Positions 1-9,540 of a DNA stretch of 64,000 nucleotides are shown piece after piece (position 1 is the stretch's first letter; each line of letters starts with the position of its first letter). This DNA comes from an uncultured delta proteobacterium. Lineage in GTDB: Bacteria > Desulfobacterota > RBG-13-43-22. A program made the translations under genes and the position numbers. The notes below the pieces were generated by a model. The model searched no databases. It was not told the DNA's origin and saw nothing but the letters and a program-made list of their open reading frames with translations. The stretch lies in assembly GCA_963843145.1 (NCBI GenBank), contig CAWJJC010000027.1, positions 256,001 through 320,000 on the forward strand. Direction: 5' to 3'.

Positions 1-15
1 TTCCCATAGAAAAGC

Positions 16-50
16 CTGGATTCCCGCCCAGAAGCGTGGCGGGAATGACG
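16..50. repeat. REP-like palindrome (GTCATTCCCGC family, partial)
   Basis: ctggattcccgcc-cagaagcgt-ggcgggaatgacg hairpin; related to copies at ~12.0, 15.3 and 18.8 kb. Confidence 0.6.
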
Positions 51-209
51 TTCTATGAATGGGAAAAAATAGCCCGCGCAGATTCCGCGGGAAGGCTTCC
101 CAGTCCGGGAAACGCGTGGCTGAGCTACATTATTCAGTAAGGGATGGGGGGGAGGTGGATTCAGGCTAACGGCTAAAGACCTTTTCAACCGTAATGAGGG
201 TCGGTTAAC

Positions 210-443
210 TTAAGATAAAGCAATTACCGGAACCGAAATAATTTCCTGGGGGACCAGCCTGTCTTCCTCTCGCATCATTTCTCCAATTTTTTCAGCCCAT
301 TTGCCCGGGATATATTGTTCGCCACACTGGCGGCATTGGCTGAGCGGAAACCCTCTAAAAATAATCAAAGTTCCATCTTTCTTCGTCATTCTTACGGAAC
401 CAATTGTTTGGATGACTTCGCCACCGCATTCAAAACACTTCAT
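210..443 (-). CDS. YgiT-type zinc finger protein (MqsA-like antitoxin N-terminal domain)
   Basis: 77 aa, CFEC...CRQCGE motif, SD GGAGG upstream. Confidence 0.8.
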   Translation of the reverse strand: MKCFECGGEVIQTIGSVRMTKKDGTLIIFRGFPLSQCRQCGEQYIPGKWAEKIGEMMREEDRLVPQEIISVPVIALS

Positions 444-586
444 TTACCACCCTCCTCGTTTCCGGATTAACCCATTCTGCCGGGTCCGGTTCATATACCG
501 TTATTATCCACATGAAGCTTTAATTGATAATTCGCCTTTTCTACCTGCTCTTTGATCCAATATAGATCACCATCAGATGGTTGCAT
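430..586 (-). pseudogene. DUF4258-type toxin with internal deletion
   Basis: N-terminal MQPSDGDLYWIKEQVEKANYQLKLH is joined out of frame to C-terminal WIITVYEPDPAEWVNPETRR, which overlaps the YgiT start. Confidence 0.65.
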
Positions 587-698
587 GGATTCCTGGCTAC
601 CCCGAAAGCACATTAAACCGATTATTCTCTAGTAAAACAAAAATAACAAGTTTGCCAAGCATTATCGGGGAAAGGTCAAAACCGCCTCCCGCTTTTCC

Positions 699-782
699 GG
701 CTTGGTCAAAGGCCGGCAGCACCCCTCCACCAGGGTCAAAGGCAAGGCCGAGGAGGTGGAGGTCTTCGAGGTGGTGTATTAG
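699..782 (+). pseudogene. 3' fragment of a class III adenylate/guanylate cyclase
   Basis: Translates ...RVKGKAEEVEVFEVVY-stop, the typical cyclase C-terminal VKGK motif; rest of gene absent. Confidence 0.5.
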
Positions 783-840
783 ATCCTGGGAGTAACCTGT
801 AACAGTTTAGTCCCTATTTTATCCGGTGGCGTTGGAGTAT

Positions 841-872
841 TGGCAAAGGTGTCAGGCCTTGCCATTTGACAG
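841..872. repeat. 32-bp direct repeat, copy 1
   Basis: TGGCAAAGGTGTCAGGCCTTGCCATTTGACAG, identical to 2243-2274. Confidence 0.9.
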
Positions 873-1001
873 CGGAAAGCTGGCAATAATTGCACAAATT
901 TGGTTTGTTCGGCAATAGAGCGGTGAGGAAACGAATCAAAATCGTCCGGTATTGAAATCGCCTCGTTTAAAAGTGCCGGCCTGGGCTTGAACAATCAAGA
1001 C

Positions 1002-1355
1002 TCACCGTGGCGGTAGTTCCAGATGAATCCGGATGGCCTCCTCCAGGGCTTTGATTGCCCCGGGATCCAGTCGACCAATCATTTTGAACAGGCGGGCCTT
1101 GTCCAGGGTGCGGATTTGGTCGGCTTTCGCCTTGGAATCTTTGGTCAGACTCCCTTTTCCTTTGGGGAGCAATACTTCAAAAGGAAAACTTCTCTCCAGG
1201 TTTCGGGGAGTGATAGGCAGGATGGTTACTGTGTCGGAAAAACGATTATTGAGGTCGTTGGAAACCACCACCACCCGCCGGGTCTTGGCGATTTCCTTTC
1301 CCTTGACCGGATCGCGGGAAGGCTTACCGGTCACGCGAATCGCGGGATTGGCCAC
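1002..1355 (-). CDS. mazF: PemK/MazF family toxin, N-terminus aberrant, no adjacent antitoxin
   Basis: DPVKGKEIAKTRRVVVVSND...DQIRTLDKARL motifs; canonical N-terminal RG(D/E)I strand missing. Confidence 0.75.
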   Translation of the reverse strand: MANPAIRVTGKPSRDPVKGKEIAKTRRVVVVSNDLNNRFSDTVTILPITPRNLERSFPFEVLLPKGKGSLTKDSKAKADQIRTLDKARLFKMIGRLDPGAIKALEEAIRIHLELPPR

Positions 1356-1820
1356 ATAACGGAAAGGGAAAAACGCCCGGGGTCTTTAAGGACTGCGGCG
1401 ATGAAGGATAGAAAGGTATAGAAGTCTTCAAGATCTTCCTGGATAATCCTGAAAAGCTCGTCCGAATCTATATTGCCATAGAAATGAACCATCCGATTGC
1501 GGTAACCGGCCATTTTGATCATTTTTTCCCTGGCAAATTGGGAAGGGATAATCCGGTTTTTTTCCAATAGCCTGGGTATGTCCTTATAACTGGAAGGACG
1601 TCCTCCCGGGATTCGAGACAATAGGTGGGAGCCCGATATCCATCACCGCCTCCAGGGCCCGGTGCAGATCATAAAAAGCGATGCGGAAGTTATCGGGATT
1701 GGATAGAAAAGTTTCAATGGATGTTCCCTGAAATCGCCCCAGACTCCTGAGGGATTCCTCAATATAGCCGATTCGCGCCTCCAGCAACTCGCGATTCAAA
1801 GGAATGTCAGGCGGGGGCAT
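1331..1820 (-). pseudogene. hepT: HepT/DUF86 HEPN ribonuclease toxin, frameshifted near 1620
   Basis: ORFs 1584-1820 and 1331-1621 join; RNRMVHFY (Rx4H) motif. Confidence 0.8.
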
Positions 1821-2205
1821 ATTTTTCCAAAGTTACCCGGCTAAATTCATCCAAGACGTAACGGAAATCAAGATAGCGATTAATTACCTGGTGGATATAA
1901 TCCGCCGTCAAAACCGGATCTTCTTCAAACAATATTTTTCCCTCGGCAACGGCGGCATATTGGATGGGCAGGGGGGCGTTCTGCAGCGTCACGATATCCA
2001 ACCGGGAACCGGGGAAGAGGTCCGAAAACAGGTCGTAAAAACGATGATAAAGCAATGTGTTCTCGGCCTCTGTCGGATGGACTTTCATCAGCACCCCGAT
2101 ATCCGTATCACTGAGCGCAGAGGCGTTGTCGGATCCCCGCGATCCGAATAGAAATACGGTGGCCACCTCCAGCTTCTTTAATTGGTTCCGGTACTGCTTT
2201 TTCAT
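1807..2205 (-). CDS. mntA: MntA-type minimal nucleotidyltransferase antitoxin
   Basis: FLFGSR...SDTDIGV...LDIV...EGKILFE motifs; directly upstream of the HEPN gene. Confidence 0.85.
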   Translation of the reverse strand: MKKQYRNQLKKLEVATVFLFGSRGSDNASALSDTDIGVLMKVHPTEAENTLLYHRFYDLFSDLFPGSRLDIVTLQNAPLPIQYAAVAEGKILFEEDPVLTADYIHQVINRYLDFRYVLDEFSRVTLEKYAPA

Positions 2206-2242
2206 GTAGCGATTTTATTTTAAGTGGCGCAAATTGTCAATA

Positions 2243-2274
2243 TGGCAAAGGTGTCAGGCCTTGCCATTTGACAG
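2243..2274. repeat. 32-bp direct repeat, copy 2 (inside palindrome 2235-2273)
   Basis: Identical to 841-872; TGTCAA.ATGGCAA...TTGCCAT.TTGACA dyad. Confidence 0.9.
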
Positions 2275-2312
2275 GAGTAACTCCTCAAAAAGTCCGGGGT
2301 CCGTATTCGCTT

Positions 2313-2819
2313 TTATTTTACATTTTTCAGGCGGTCGTTGAAGTCCTTCCAGAACTGCCCCTCCTTGTTTTGCCAGTCGGGGCCGAAACGGGCATTGAAG
2401 AAATTCCCCAGTTTTTCGAAGAGCCGTTTCCAGCCGGGCAATTGTTCATAGCGGAGGATATCCTCTAGAAAAGGGACAATCTCCCCCATTTTTTCTTTGG
2501 GCAGGTAAGCCCGGGCACCCAATTCAATGGACTGCTGTATCGCTTCCGGGGTCAAGGCATGGGCGGTCAGCATAGCCACCGGGAAATTTCGCACCCGGGC
2601 CAGGGAAAGGAGATCAAACCCTCGCACCCCCATGATATCCAACACCACCAGGTCGTAGGTCCAGGAGATCATGAGTTCCTTGGCCAGCTCGTAGGTGCCG
2701 GCCTCGTCGATCTGGCAGTCCGGACAGGCTTCCTGGATTTCCTCCCGCAGCAGGTCCAACACATCCGGTTCATCATCGACAATCAGCAGGCGCAAATTTT
2801 TCAACAGCGATTCTTTCAT
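2313..2819 (-). CDS. Stand-alone response regulator receiver with Trp-rich C-terminal tail
   Basis: IVDDEPD, LDIMGVRG, MLTAHA, YLPKEK motifs; tail GWKRLFEKLGNFFNARFGPDWQ. Confidence 0.85.
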   Translation of the reverse strand: MKESLLKNLRLLIVDDEPDVLDLLREEIQEACPDCQIDEAGTYELAKELMISWTYDLVVLDIMGVRGFDLLSLARVRNFPVAMLTAHALTPEAIQQSIELGARAYLPKEKMGEIVPFLEDILRYEQLPGWKRLFEKLGNFFNARFGPDWQNKEGQFWKDFNDRLKNVK

Positions 2820-2865
2820 GGTCTCTCCTCTTTCGATACTTTTTCAGGTAATCTTTAAGGACGGC

Positions 2866-4632
2866 TTATTCGATGTCTTTGATCTCCACGGCCTTCAGCG
2901 CAATCCCGGCCTCCTTCACCTTCCGGGAAAACTCCTCTAGCAAGGCGTTGAGCGCCAGTCGGTGATCCTCCCGGTAAAAGAGGAAGAGACTCGTCATCTT
3001 CCGTTCGACCCGGCCGCCTGCCGGACCGGCCAGGCCCAGGTCCCGAGAAACCTGCTGCAGGTGGTTCCGGATTTCTTCCATGGTCTGGAAACGGTCTTTC
3101 GGGTCTTTGCGCGTGGCCTTTTGGATAAATCGGCAGAGCCCTTCCGGTAATTCAGGGACCCAATCCCGGGGATCGGGAATTTCCCGGGTCAGGTGGGCTT
3201 CCATTAAAATGGAAGGGTCGTCCTCGGGATAAGGCCGCACCCCGGTGCTCAGCTCAAAGGTCATGATGCCCAGCGAATAGATATCGGCCCGGCCGTCAAC
3301 CAGTTCTCCTTCGATCTGTTCCGGCGAAACATAATGGGGAGTTCCCAGACTGCAGAGGGTGTCCGTGCCCGGCGGACAGGCCAGGCCGAAATCCAGGATT
3401 TTCAACTGATCGGTCGAGGGCAAAAAAATATTGGCCGGCTTAATGTCCAGATGCACCAGCCCTTTCTCATGGGCGTATTCCAATCCGGAAATAATCGGAT
3501 AGAGCAATTCCAGAATCTGGGCGACCGGCAGCGGCCCGAGTTTTTCCAGGAGGGCGTCGAGCGGGGTTCCCTCCAGGTACTCCATGATAATAAACAGTGT
3601 TCGATAACGCTCCTCAAAGTCGTAAACCTTGACGATGTGCGGGTGATTCAAAGCGGCCACGTTCCTGGCCTCCTGACGAAAATTCCGGATAAAATCCGGA
3701 TCCATGGCCATATCGTGTTTCATCATTTTGATGGCCACCGGCATTTCGAGGTCCAGGTGGCGCCCTTTATAGACGATGCTGTACCCCCCCTGGCCGATGA
3801 TATCGGTGATCAAATATTTGCCGATGGTCCGGTCGGCGGTGATATTGGAGGAAGTAAAACGGTAGGCCACCAGTTCGGTGAGGAATTCCCGCAGATCGGG
3901 ATGTTCTGTGGACAGGAGGTCAAATCGCTCCTTGGTCAACCCCCAGAGGACCAGATCGGTCTCGGCCGTCACCCGGGCGCTTCGGGGTTCCCCGGTAAGC
4001 ACGGCCATCTCGCCCACCAGATCCCCTTCCCGGAGACGGGTGATAAAGATCAATTCGCCGCCCTTCTCCAGATGGACCAAACAGGACCCCCGCTGGATGA
4101 TAAAAAAAGTATCCCCGGGATCCCCCTGGTTGATGAACCGTTCCCCGGCCGGGACCGATACGCGGAAAATGCTGTTCAGGACTGGAGCAACCGCCTTGCG
4201 GGGGATAGCCTGCAAAAGCTTGGTGCGGAGAAAAAACTCATAATCGGTTGTCAGCGGACGACGGTTGTCTCCGTTAGCCGGGGGGTGGGGGATCGGCCAT
4301 TGCTGATCCGCCGGATGAAGGTCCAGACCTAAGTGGAAGAGGCCTTCTTTTTGACTCACCGGGGCGCACCAGACGACCCGGCCCTGAAAAGGACTCCAGA
4401 TTTTTTCTTTGGGGGAGTAAACCTCCAGGCCGATGGGAGTCCCTTCCTCCAGGGCGGAATCGGTCAGGGCCAAAAACCCGTTCCGGCTTTCATTGAGGAG
4501 ATCTACAAAAAGAGGAACCCACTCCGTTGAAGCGGGGGAAAAAGGCTCCTTGAGGGAAGAATAAAGGGCGCCTATTTTCGGGACTGACCGTCCCTCCCTG
4601 GCCGATCGGCGGCGTTCCGATTGAGGATTCAT
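2866..4632 (-). CDS. PilZ + cyclic-nucleotide-binding + Ser/Thr protein kinase
   Basis: RRSAR and NESRNG (PilZ RxxxR, NxSxxG); GEMAVLTGEPRSA (cNMP); GQGGYS, VAIK, HLDIKPAN, DFG, SPE (Hanks kinase). Confidence 0.85.
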   Translation of the reverse strand: MNPQSERRRSAREGRSVPKIGALYSSLKEPFSPASTEWVPLFVDLLNESRNGFLALTDSALEEGTPIGLEVYSPKEKIWSPFQGRVVWCAPVSQKEGLFHLGLDLHPADQQWPIPHPPANGDNRRPLTTDYEFFLRTKLLQAIPRKAVAPVLNSIFRVSVPAGERFINQGDPGDTFFIIQRGSCLVHLEKGGELIFITRLREGDLVGEMAVLTGEPRSARVTAETDLVLWGLTKERFDLLSTEHPDLREFLTELVAYRFTSSNITADRTIGKYLITDIIGQGGYSIVYKGRHLDLEMPVAIKMMKHDMAMDPDFIRNFRQEARNVAALNHPHIVKVYDFEERYRTLFIIMEYLEGTPLDALLEKLGPLPVAQILELLYPIISGLEYAHEKGLVHLDIKPANIFLPSTDQLKILDFGLACPPGTDTLCSLGTPHYVSPEQIEGELVDGRADIYSLGIMTFELSTGVRPYPEDDPSILMEAHLTREIPDPRDWVPELPEGLCRFIQKATRKDPKDRFQTMEEIRNHLQQVSRDLGLAGPAGGRVERKMTSLFLFYREDHRLALNALLEEFSRKVKEAGIALKAVEIKDIE

Positions 4633-4688
4633 GCTTCTCCCCTTGTTCTTTGGATAGTAATAAATGCTAGGACATTAATTCTGAAAAC

Positions 4689-5261
4689 TTAATAAAACCC
4701 CAGCTTCTGGCCCGGCGTTTCCACATAAGATATGCCGTCGGTCTTCAATTTTTCATTAAATTCCTTCCAGAATGGTTCATCATCCATTTGCCAATCCGGT
4801 CCAAAGCGCCGGCTGAAATAATCGCCCAACCGTTCAAACAGGCGCCGCCAACCCGCGATCGGTTCGTGGGCTAGGACATCCTCCAGGAAGGGAACTATTT
4901 CTCCGATCTTTTCTTTCGGCAGATAGGCCCTGGCGCCCTGCTCTATGGCTTTCTTCAGGGTTTCGGGAGAGAAGGCATGAGCCGTGAGCATCACCACCGG
5001 AAATTTTCGCTTCACCGCCTGGGTCAGGAGGTCAAAGCCCCGAACGCCCATGATATCCAAAATAACCAGATCGTAGGAAATCGAGCTCAGCAAATCCACG
5101 GCCCACTCGTACGTCTCGGCCTTGTTCACCCTACAGTTCGTACAGGCCTCGCCGATCTCTTCCTCCAGCAGGCTGAGGATATCCGGCTCGTCATCTACAA
5201 TCAAGATACTTATATTCTGAAGCTTGGAGTCCATGGTCCTTATCCCTTCCTGATCGGCCAT
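4689..5261 (-). CDS. Stand-alone response regulator receiver, paralog of 2313-2819
   Basis: Same LDIMGVRG, MLTAHA, YLPKEK and GWRRLF...RFGPDWQ motifs. Confidence 0.85.
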   Translation of the reverse strand: MADQEGIRTMDSKLQNISILIVDDEPDILSLLEEEIGEACTNCRVNKAETYEWAVDLLSSISYDLVILDIMGVRGFDLLTQAVKRKFPVVMLTAHAFSPETLKKAIEQGARAYLPKEKIGEIVPFLEDVLAHEPIAGWRRLFERLGDYFSRRFGPDWQMDDEPFWKEFNEKLKTDGISYVETPGQKLGFY

Positions 5262-5286
5262 TCGGGGGTGTCAACAAAATCGTCCG

Positions 5287-6594
5287 TTATTTAATCACCA
5301 CCCGGTCGAAGCGGCCCCCGATTTGGCCCGAAAAAGAGTTCCAGAACCTGGTATCCTTCTGCTGCCAGTCCGGGCCGAAGCGGCGGTCAAAAAAATCTCC
5401 CATGCGGCCGAACAGGCGATTCCAACCCTCTTCATTTCCGTATAGCAGGATATCCTCCAGGAAGGGAACTACATCCCCCAGTTTCTCCTTGGGCAGATAG
5501 GCCCGGGCGCCCTTCTCAATGGACTTTTTCAGGGACTCCGCGGACAAGGCATGGGCCGTCAACATAGCCACCGGCAACCCTCGTCTTTTGGCCTCGTCCA
5601 GCAGCTCGAAACCCCGGACCCCCATAATGTCCAGGATCACCAGATCGAATGGTTCCTTGGCCAGATACTCCATGGCCTGATCATAGTTCGTGGCCCGTAG
5701 AATCCGACATCCCCGGCATTCCGCGTTAATCTCCTCCTCCAAGATATCCAGAACATCGGGTTCATCGTCCACCGCTAAGATAGATTTATCGTTCAGAATT
5801 GAATCCTTACCCATTGCCGACTCCTTTCTTCGGTATAGAGGGGGAATGATAACGGTGAAGGTTGTACCCGCCCCTTCCCGACTTTTCAATGTGATTTCAC
5901 CTCCCATGGCCTCGACCAGAGTCTTCACACCGGCCAAGCCCAGGCCCAACCCCGCCAAAGGAAAGACGGCAGCCGGCTCCAATTGAACAAATCGACCAAA
6001 AATCGTTTTCTGCCCCTCGGTCGAGATCCCCGGCCCGTCATCTTCTACCTGAATGACTAAATCCGCCTCTCCGGCAATCTGAATCCGGACTTTTTTTCGG
6101 CGGTATTTCAAGGCGTTGCTGATCAGGTTGCGCAGTATTTGCTGGATCTTTCGTTGGTCATGGCAAAAAAAAGAGCTGCAGAATCTTCCTTCGACCCGAA
6201 AGAAAATCCCCTGGGATTCCAAGAGGGTCTGAAATTCATGGGGTTGGACGGCTTGGAGAAGCCGATCATGAATCTGGGGCAGCGTTACCCCCAGGGCATC
6301 CATCAAGGCCTCCCGCAAAGCCGGTTCCAGGTAAAAATATTCCCGTTGGAAAATCCCCTCCTCGGAGCGCAGGATTTCAATCATCTCCTGGATCAAGCAC
6401 TGGGACTTTTGGACGTTCCGAGCGATTCGCTCCATAACCTGACTCTGTTTTTCATTCAAAGGCCCGTACCGTTCCCCTCGATGGAGGAGGTTATGGACAC
6501 TGGTGGCCGCAACCGCCAAGGGGCTGCGCAGGTCATGGATGAGAAGGTCGAAAAGACGTTCCTTGTCCTGGAGAGGGTATTTATCTTGGGTCAT
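5287..6594 (-). CDS. Cytoplasmic hybrid histidine kinase (HisKA-HATPase-REC)
   Basis: HDLRSPL H-box at about residue 20; NLISNALKY, DDGPGI, GLGLG boxes; C-terminal REC of the same family. Confidence 0.85.
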   Translation of the reverse strand: MTQDKYPLQDKERLFDLLIHDLRSPLAVAATSVHNLLHRGERYGPLNEKQSQVMERIARNVQKSQCLIQEMIEILRSEEGIFQREYFYLEPALREALMDALGVTLPQIHDRLLQAVQPHEFQTLLESQGIFFRVEGRFCSSFFCHDQRKIQQILRNLISNALKYRRKKVRIQIAGEADLVIQVEDDGPGISTEGQKTIFGRFVQLEPAAVFPLAGLGLGLAGVKTLVEAMGGEITLKSREGAGTTFTVIIPPLYRRKESAMGKDSILNDKSILAVDDEPDVLDILEEEINAECRGCRILRATNYDQAMEYLAKEPFDLVILDIMGVRGFELLDEAKRRGLPVAMLTAHALSAESLKKSIEKGARAYLPKEKLGDVVPFLEDILLYGNEEGWNRLFGRMGDFFDRRFGPDWQQKDTRFWNSFSGQIGGRFDRVVIK

Positions 6595-6781
6595 AGCGCT
6601 CCTGATGGTTCCGAGGCTTCCATTTGAATTTTTGGTTTAAATTTGAAATCCGAAACAAATCCAAATGCCCGCATAGCAACTTCATCCTAATAAAGAGTCA
6701 TCCCGCTAAATACAATAAAGAAAGCGATAAGAATTTAGCCTAATAATTGCTTTTTATCAACTCCTTTTCAAGGGGGAGATC

Positions 6782-6810
6782 TTGACAGTCTGGAGGGATT
6801 CGTTTATAAC
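6782..6810 (+). promoter_or_regulatory. sigma70 promoter of bio operon
   Basis: TTGACA-17 bp-TATAAC. Confidence 0.75.
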
Positions 6811-6840
6811 TGTAAACCTTATTGAACAAATTGGTTAACA
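6811..6840 (+). promoter_or_regulatory. BirA operator
   Basis: TGTAAACC-N14-GGTTAACA dyad right after the -10 box and before bioB; matches the BirA box pattern. Confidence 0.8.
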
Positions 6841-6853
6841 GACAGGAGAAACC

Positions 6854-7840
6854 TTGAATCTATCTCTTTTGGCCGATTACGCCCGGAAAGTGATCGCGGG
6901 CGAGGCCCTCACCAAAAAAGAAGCCCTCTGGGTAGCCCGCTTAAAAAAGCCTGAGCATATTCTGGAACTGCTCTTTTGGGCCAATCGGATACGGAATCAT
7001 TACAAAGGAAAAATCGTCGATCTGTGTGCCATCGTCAATGCCAAGTCCGGGAGCTGTTCGGAGGACTGTACCTTTTGCGCCCAATCTTCCCATTATCCGG
7101 CCAGGACCAAAAAGTATCCCCTGCTGAGCGAATCCGACCTCCTGGAGGCCGCCGGCCGGGCCGGGTCCCTGGGGGCGGCCCGGTTCAGTCTGGTCACCAG
7201 CGGCCGTTCCCTGCTGAGTCCAAAGGAACTGGACCGGATCTGTCGGGTAGTCTCCCACCTGGGGGAAAAGAAGAAGATCAGTCCCTGCGCCTCTCTGGGC
7301 CTATTGACCCCGGAACAGGCCGGGTCTTTAAAGAAAGCCGGGCTTGTCCGGTACCATCACAATCTAGAGACAGGACCTAGGCATTACCCGTCCATTTGCA
7401 CTACCCACTCTTTCTCCGATCGCCTGGCCACGCTCCGCACCGCCCGGGAGGCCGGCTTCGATCTTTGTTCCGGAGGGATCTTCGGGTTGGGTGAAACGTT
7501 GAACGACCGGGTGGAGCTGGCCTTCATTCTCAAAAAAATGAAGGTGGACTCGGTGCCCTTGAATTTTTTGAATCCTATCCCCGGGACGCCGCTGGCCTCC
7601 CAGCCGCCCCTTTCGCCGCTGGAGATTTTAAAATCCATCGCTTTGTTCCGTTTGATCCTGCCCCAAGCCGACATCCGCACCTGCGGGGGCCGGGAAAAAG
7701 GGCTGCGAACCCTGCAGCCGCTGATGTACCTGGCCGGCTGTAACGGGACCATGATCGGGAATTATCTGACCACCGAGGGGCGAAGCCCGGAAACGGATAT
7801 ACAGGAAATAATCGACCTGGGGCTTACGCCCAGAGTGTAG
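6854..7840 (+). CDS. bioB: Biotin synthase (radical SAM)
   Basis: CSEDCTFCAQS, YHHNLET, CSGGIFG, VPLNFL motifs. Confidence 0.95.
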   Translation: MNLSLLADYARKVIAGEALTKKEALWVARLKKPEHILELLFWANRIRNHYKGKIVDLCAIVNAKSGSCSEDCTFCAQSSHYPARTKKYPLLSESDLLEAAGRAGSLGAARFSLVTSGRSLLSPKELDRICRVVSHLGEKKKISPCASLGLLTPEQAGSLKKAGLVRYHHNLETGPRHYPSICTTHSFSDRLATLRTAREAGFDLCSGGIFGLGETLNDRVELAFILKKMKVDSVPLNFLNPIPGTPLASQPPLSPLEILKSIALFRLILPQADIRTCGGREKGLRTLQPLMYLAGCNGTMIGNYLTTEGRSPETDIQEIIDLGLTPRV

Positions 7841-7847
7841 ATATAAG

Positions 7848-9326
7848 ATGGAAGACGGAAGACGGAAGAGGGAAGAAAAAAAACGGCGGGAAAAGAGCAA
7901 CCCGACCCCTTTGGCGCTCAGCGCTCAGCGCTCAGCCCTTTGCGCTTTGCGTGAAAAAACTGAACCCGCTCAAGAGCGGAACCAAAAAAAACTAGCCCGC
8001 TGGGATCATCACTATCTCTGGCACCCTTTTACTCCCCAGCAGTATTGGGAAAGGGAAGAGCCGTTGATCATCGAGCGCGGCCGGGGATTCTATCTTTATG
8101 ATACCCGGGGTAATCGCTATATCGACGGCGTTTCCTCCCTCTGGGTAACCGTACACGGGCATGGCCACCCGAAACTGAATCGGGCCATTAAAGCCCAACT
8201 TGCGCGGATGGCCCATTCTACCCTGCTCGGTCTTTCCCACCCGCCGGCCATCACCCTGGCCAGGGAGCTGATTCAGGCGGCGCCCGAAGGCCTGCAACGG
8301 GTCTTCTATTCCGACTCCGGATCTACCGCGGTGGAGGTCGCCCTGAAGATGGCTTACCAGTTCTGGGCCAATCAGGGGCGGCGGGACAAAAAGACCTTTC
8401 TCTGCCTGGAAAATGCCTATCACGGGGATACGCTGGGGGCCGTTAGCGTGGGAGGCATCGCGCTGTTTCACCAGGTCTATCAACCCCTGCTCTTTAAAAC
8501 GGTTCAAGCCCCTTCCCCCTACTGTTACCGCTGCCCGCTCCGAAAAAAACCGGATACCTGTCGGATCCAATGTCTGGATCGCCTGGAGCAGGTCATGGCC
8601 CGGCGCCATCGCTCCCTAGCCGCCTTTATTTTGGAACCGCTGGTTCAAGGAGCGGCTGGGATGATCACCTTCCCCTCCGGGTACTTGAAAAGGGCCCGCG
8701 AACTATGTGATCATTATAAAATCCTGATGATCGCCGATGAGGTGGCCGTGGGTTTTGGCCGGACCGGGACCCTTTTTGCCTGTGACCAGGAAAAAGTAAC
8801 CCCGGACCTGCTCTGCCTGGGAAAAGGGATTACCGGCGGGTATCTCCCCCTGGCGGCCACTTTGACCACCGAGACCCTGTACCAGGCCTTTTTAGGTCCG
8901 GTGGAGGCCTTAAAAACCTTTTACCACGGACACACTTACACGGGGAATCCTTTGGCCTGTGCCGTGGCGCTTGAGAATCTAAGTCTGATGCACGAACAGA
9001 ATTTTTTCAAAAAACTTCAAGAAAAAATTCTGTATATGAAAGGGCTGCTGGAGCCTTTTGACGGGCTGAGACAGGTGGGGGAAGTCCGACAGAAGGGGTT
9101 GATGGTGGGCATCGAACTGGTTCAGGACAAAGGATCCAAGATCGCTTACCCGCTGGAAACCCGCATGGGTCATCGGGTTATTCTCGAGGCCCGGAATCAG
9201 GGGATCATCATCCGCCCCCTGGGAGACGTCATCGTTCTCCTGCCGCCACTGGGTATCTCGCTGCCGGGCTTGAAACAGTTGGTTCAGGGAACCTACCGGG
9301 CCATAGAAAAGGTTACCGGGCCTTAA
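7848..9326 (+). CDS. bioA: Adenosylmethionine-8-amino-7-oxononanoate aminotransferase (true start probably ~7950)
   Basis: LWHPFT, SDSGSTAVEVALKMA, YHGDT, IADEVAVGFGRTG, LGKGITGG; the first ~30 codons are heptamer repeats. Confidence 0.92.
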   Translation: MEDGRRKREEKKRREKSNPTPLALSAQRSALCALREKTEPAQERNQKKLARWDHHYLWHPFTPQQYWEREEPLIIERGRGFYLYDTRGNRYIDGVSSLWVTVHGHGHPKLNRAIKAQLARMAHSTLLGLSHPPAITLARELIQAAPEGLQRVFYSDSGSTAVEVALKMAYQFWANQGRRDKKTFLCLENAYHGDTLGAVSVGGIALFHQVYQPLLFKTVQAPSPYCYRCPLRKKPDTCRIQCLDRLEQVMARRHRSLAAFILEPLVQGAAGMITFPSGYLKRARELCDHYKILMIADEVAVGFGRTGTLFACDQEKVTPDLLCLGKGITGGYLPLAATLTTETLYQAFLGPVEALKTFYHGHTYTGNPLACAVALENLSLMHEQNFFKKLQEKILYMKGLLEPFDGLRQVGEVRQKGLMVGIELVQDKGSKIAYPLETRMGHRVILEARNQGIIIRPLGDVIVLLPPLGISLPGLKQLVQGTYRAIEKVTGP

Positions 9327-9394
9327 TGAAAATACCCTATGACCTTTCATTATCCCTCCACCTCTGGATGGACTTCGGAAGGGTTATTGAAAAG

Positions 9395-9534
9395 ATGAAC
9401 GTCGAACATCGAACTTCCAACATCGAATGTTCAATGGGAAGAGATGAAGAAACAGAAATAGGTGCTCCAATTCGTAAAAGAGGTTTGTTTTTCATTCGAG
9501 GTTGGGCGTTCGATGTTCAATGTTCGACGTTCAT
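9395..9534. repeat. Heptamer-armed inverted-repeat element, copy 1
   Basis: (GAACATC)n left arm, (GATGTTC)n right arm, purine-rich core. Confidence 0.8.
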
Positions 9535-9540
9535 TACTAT

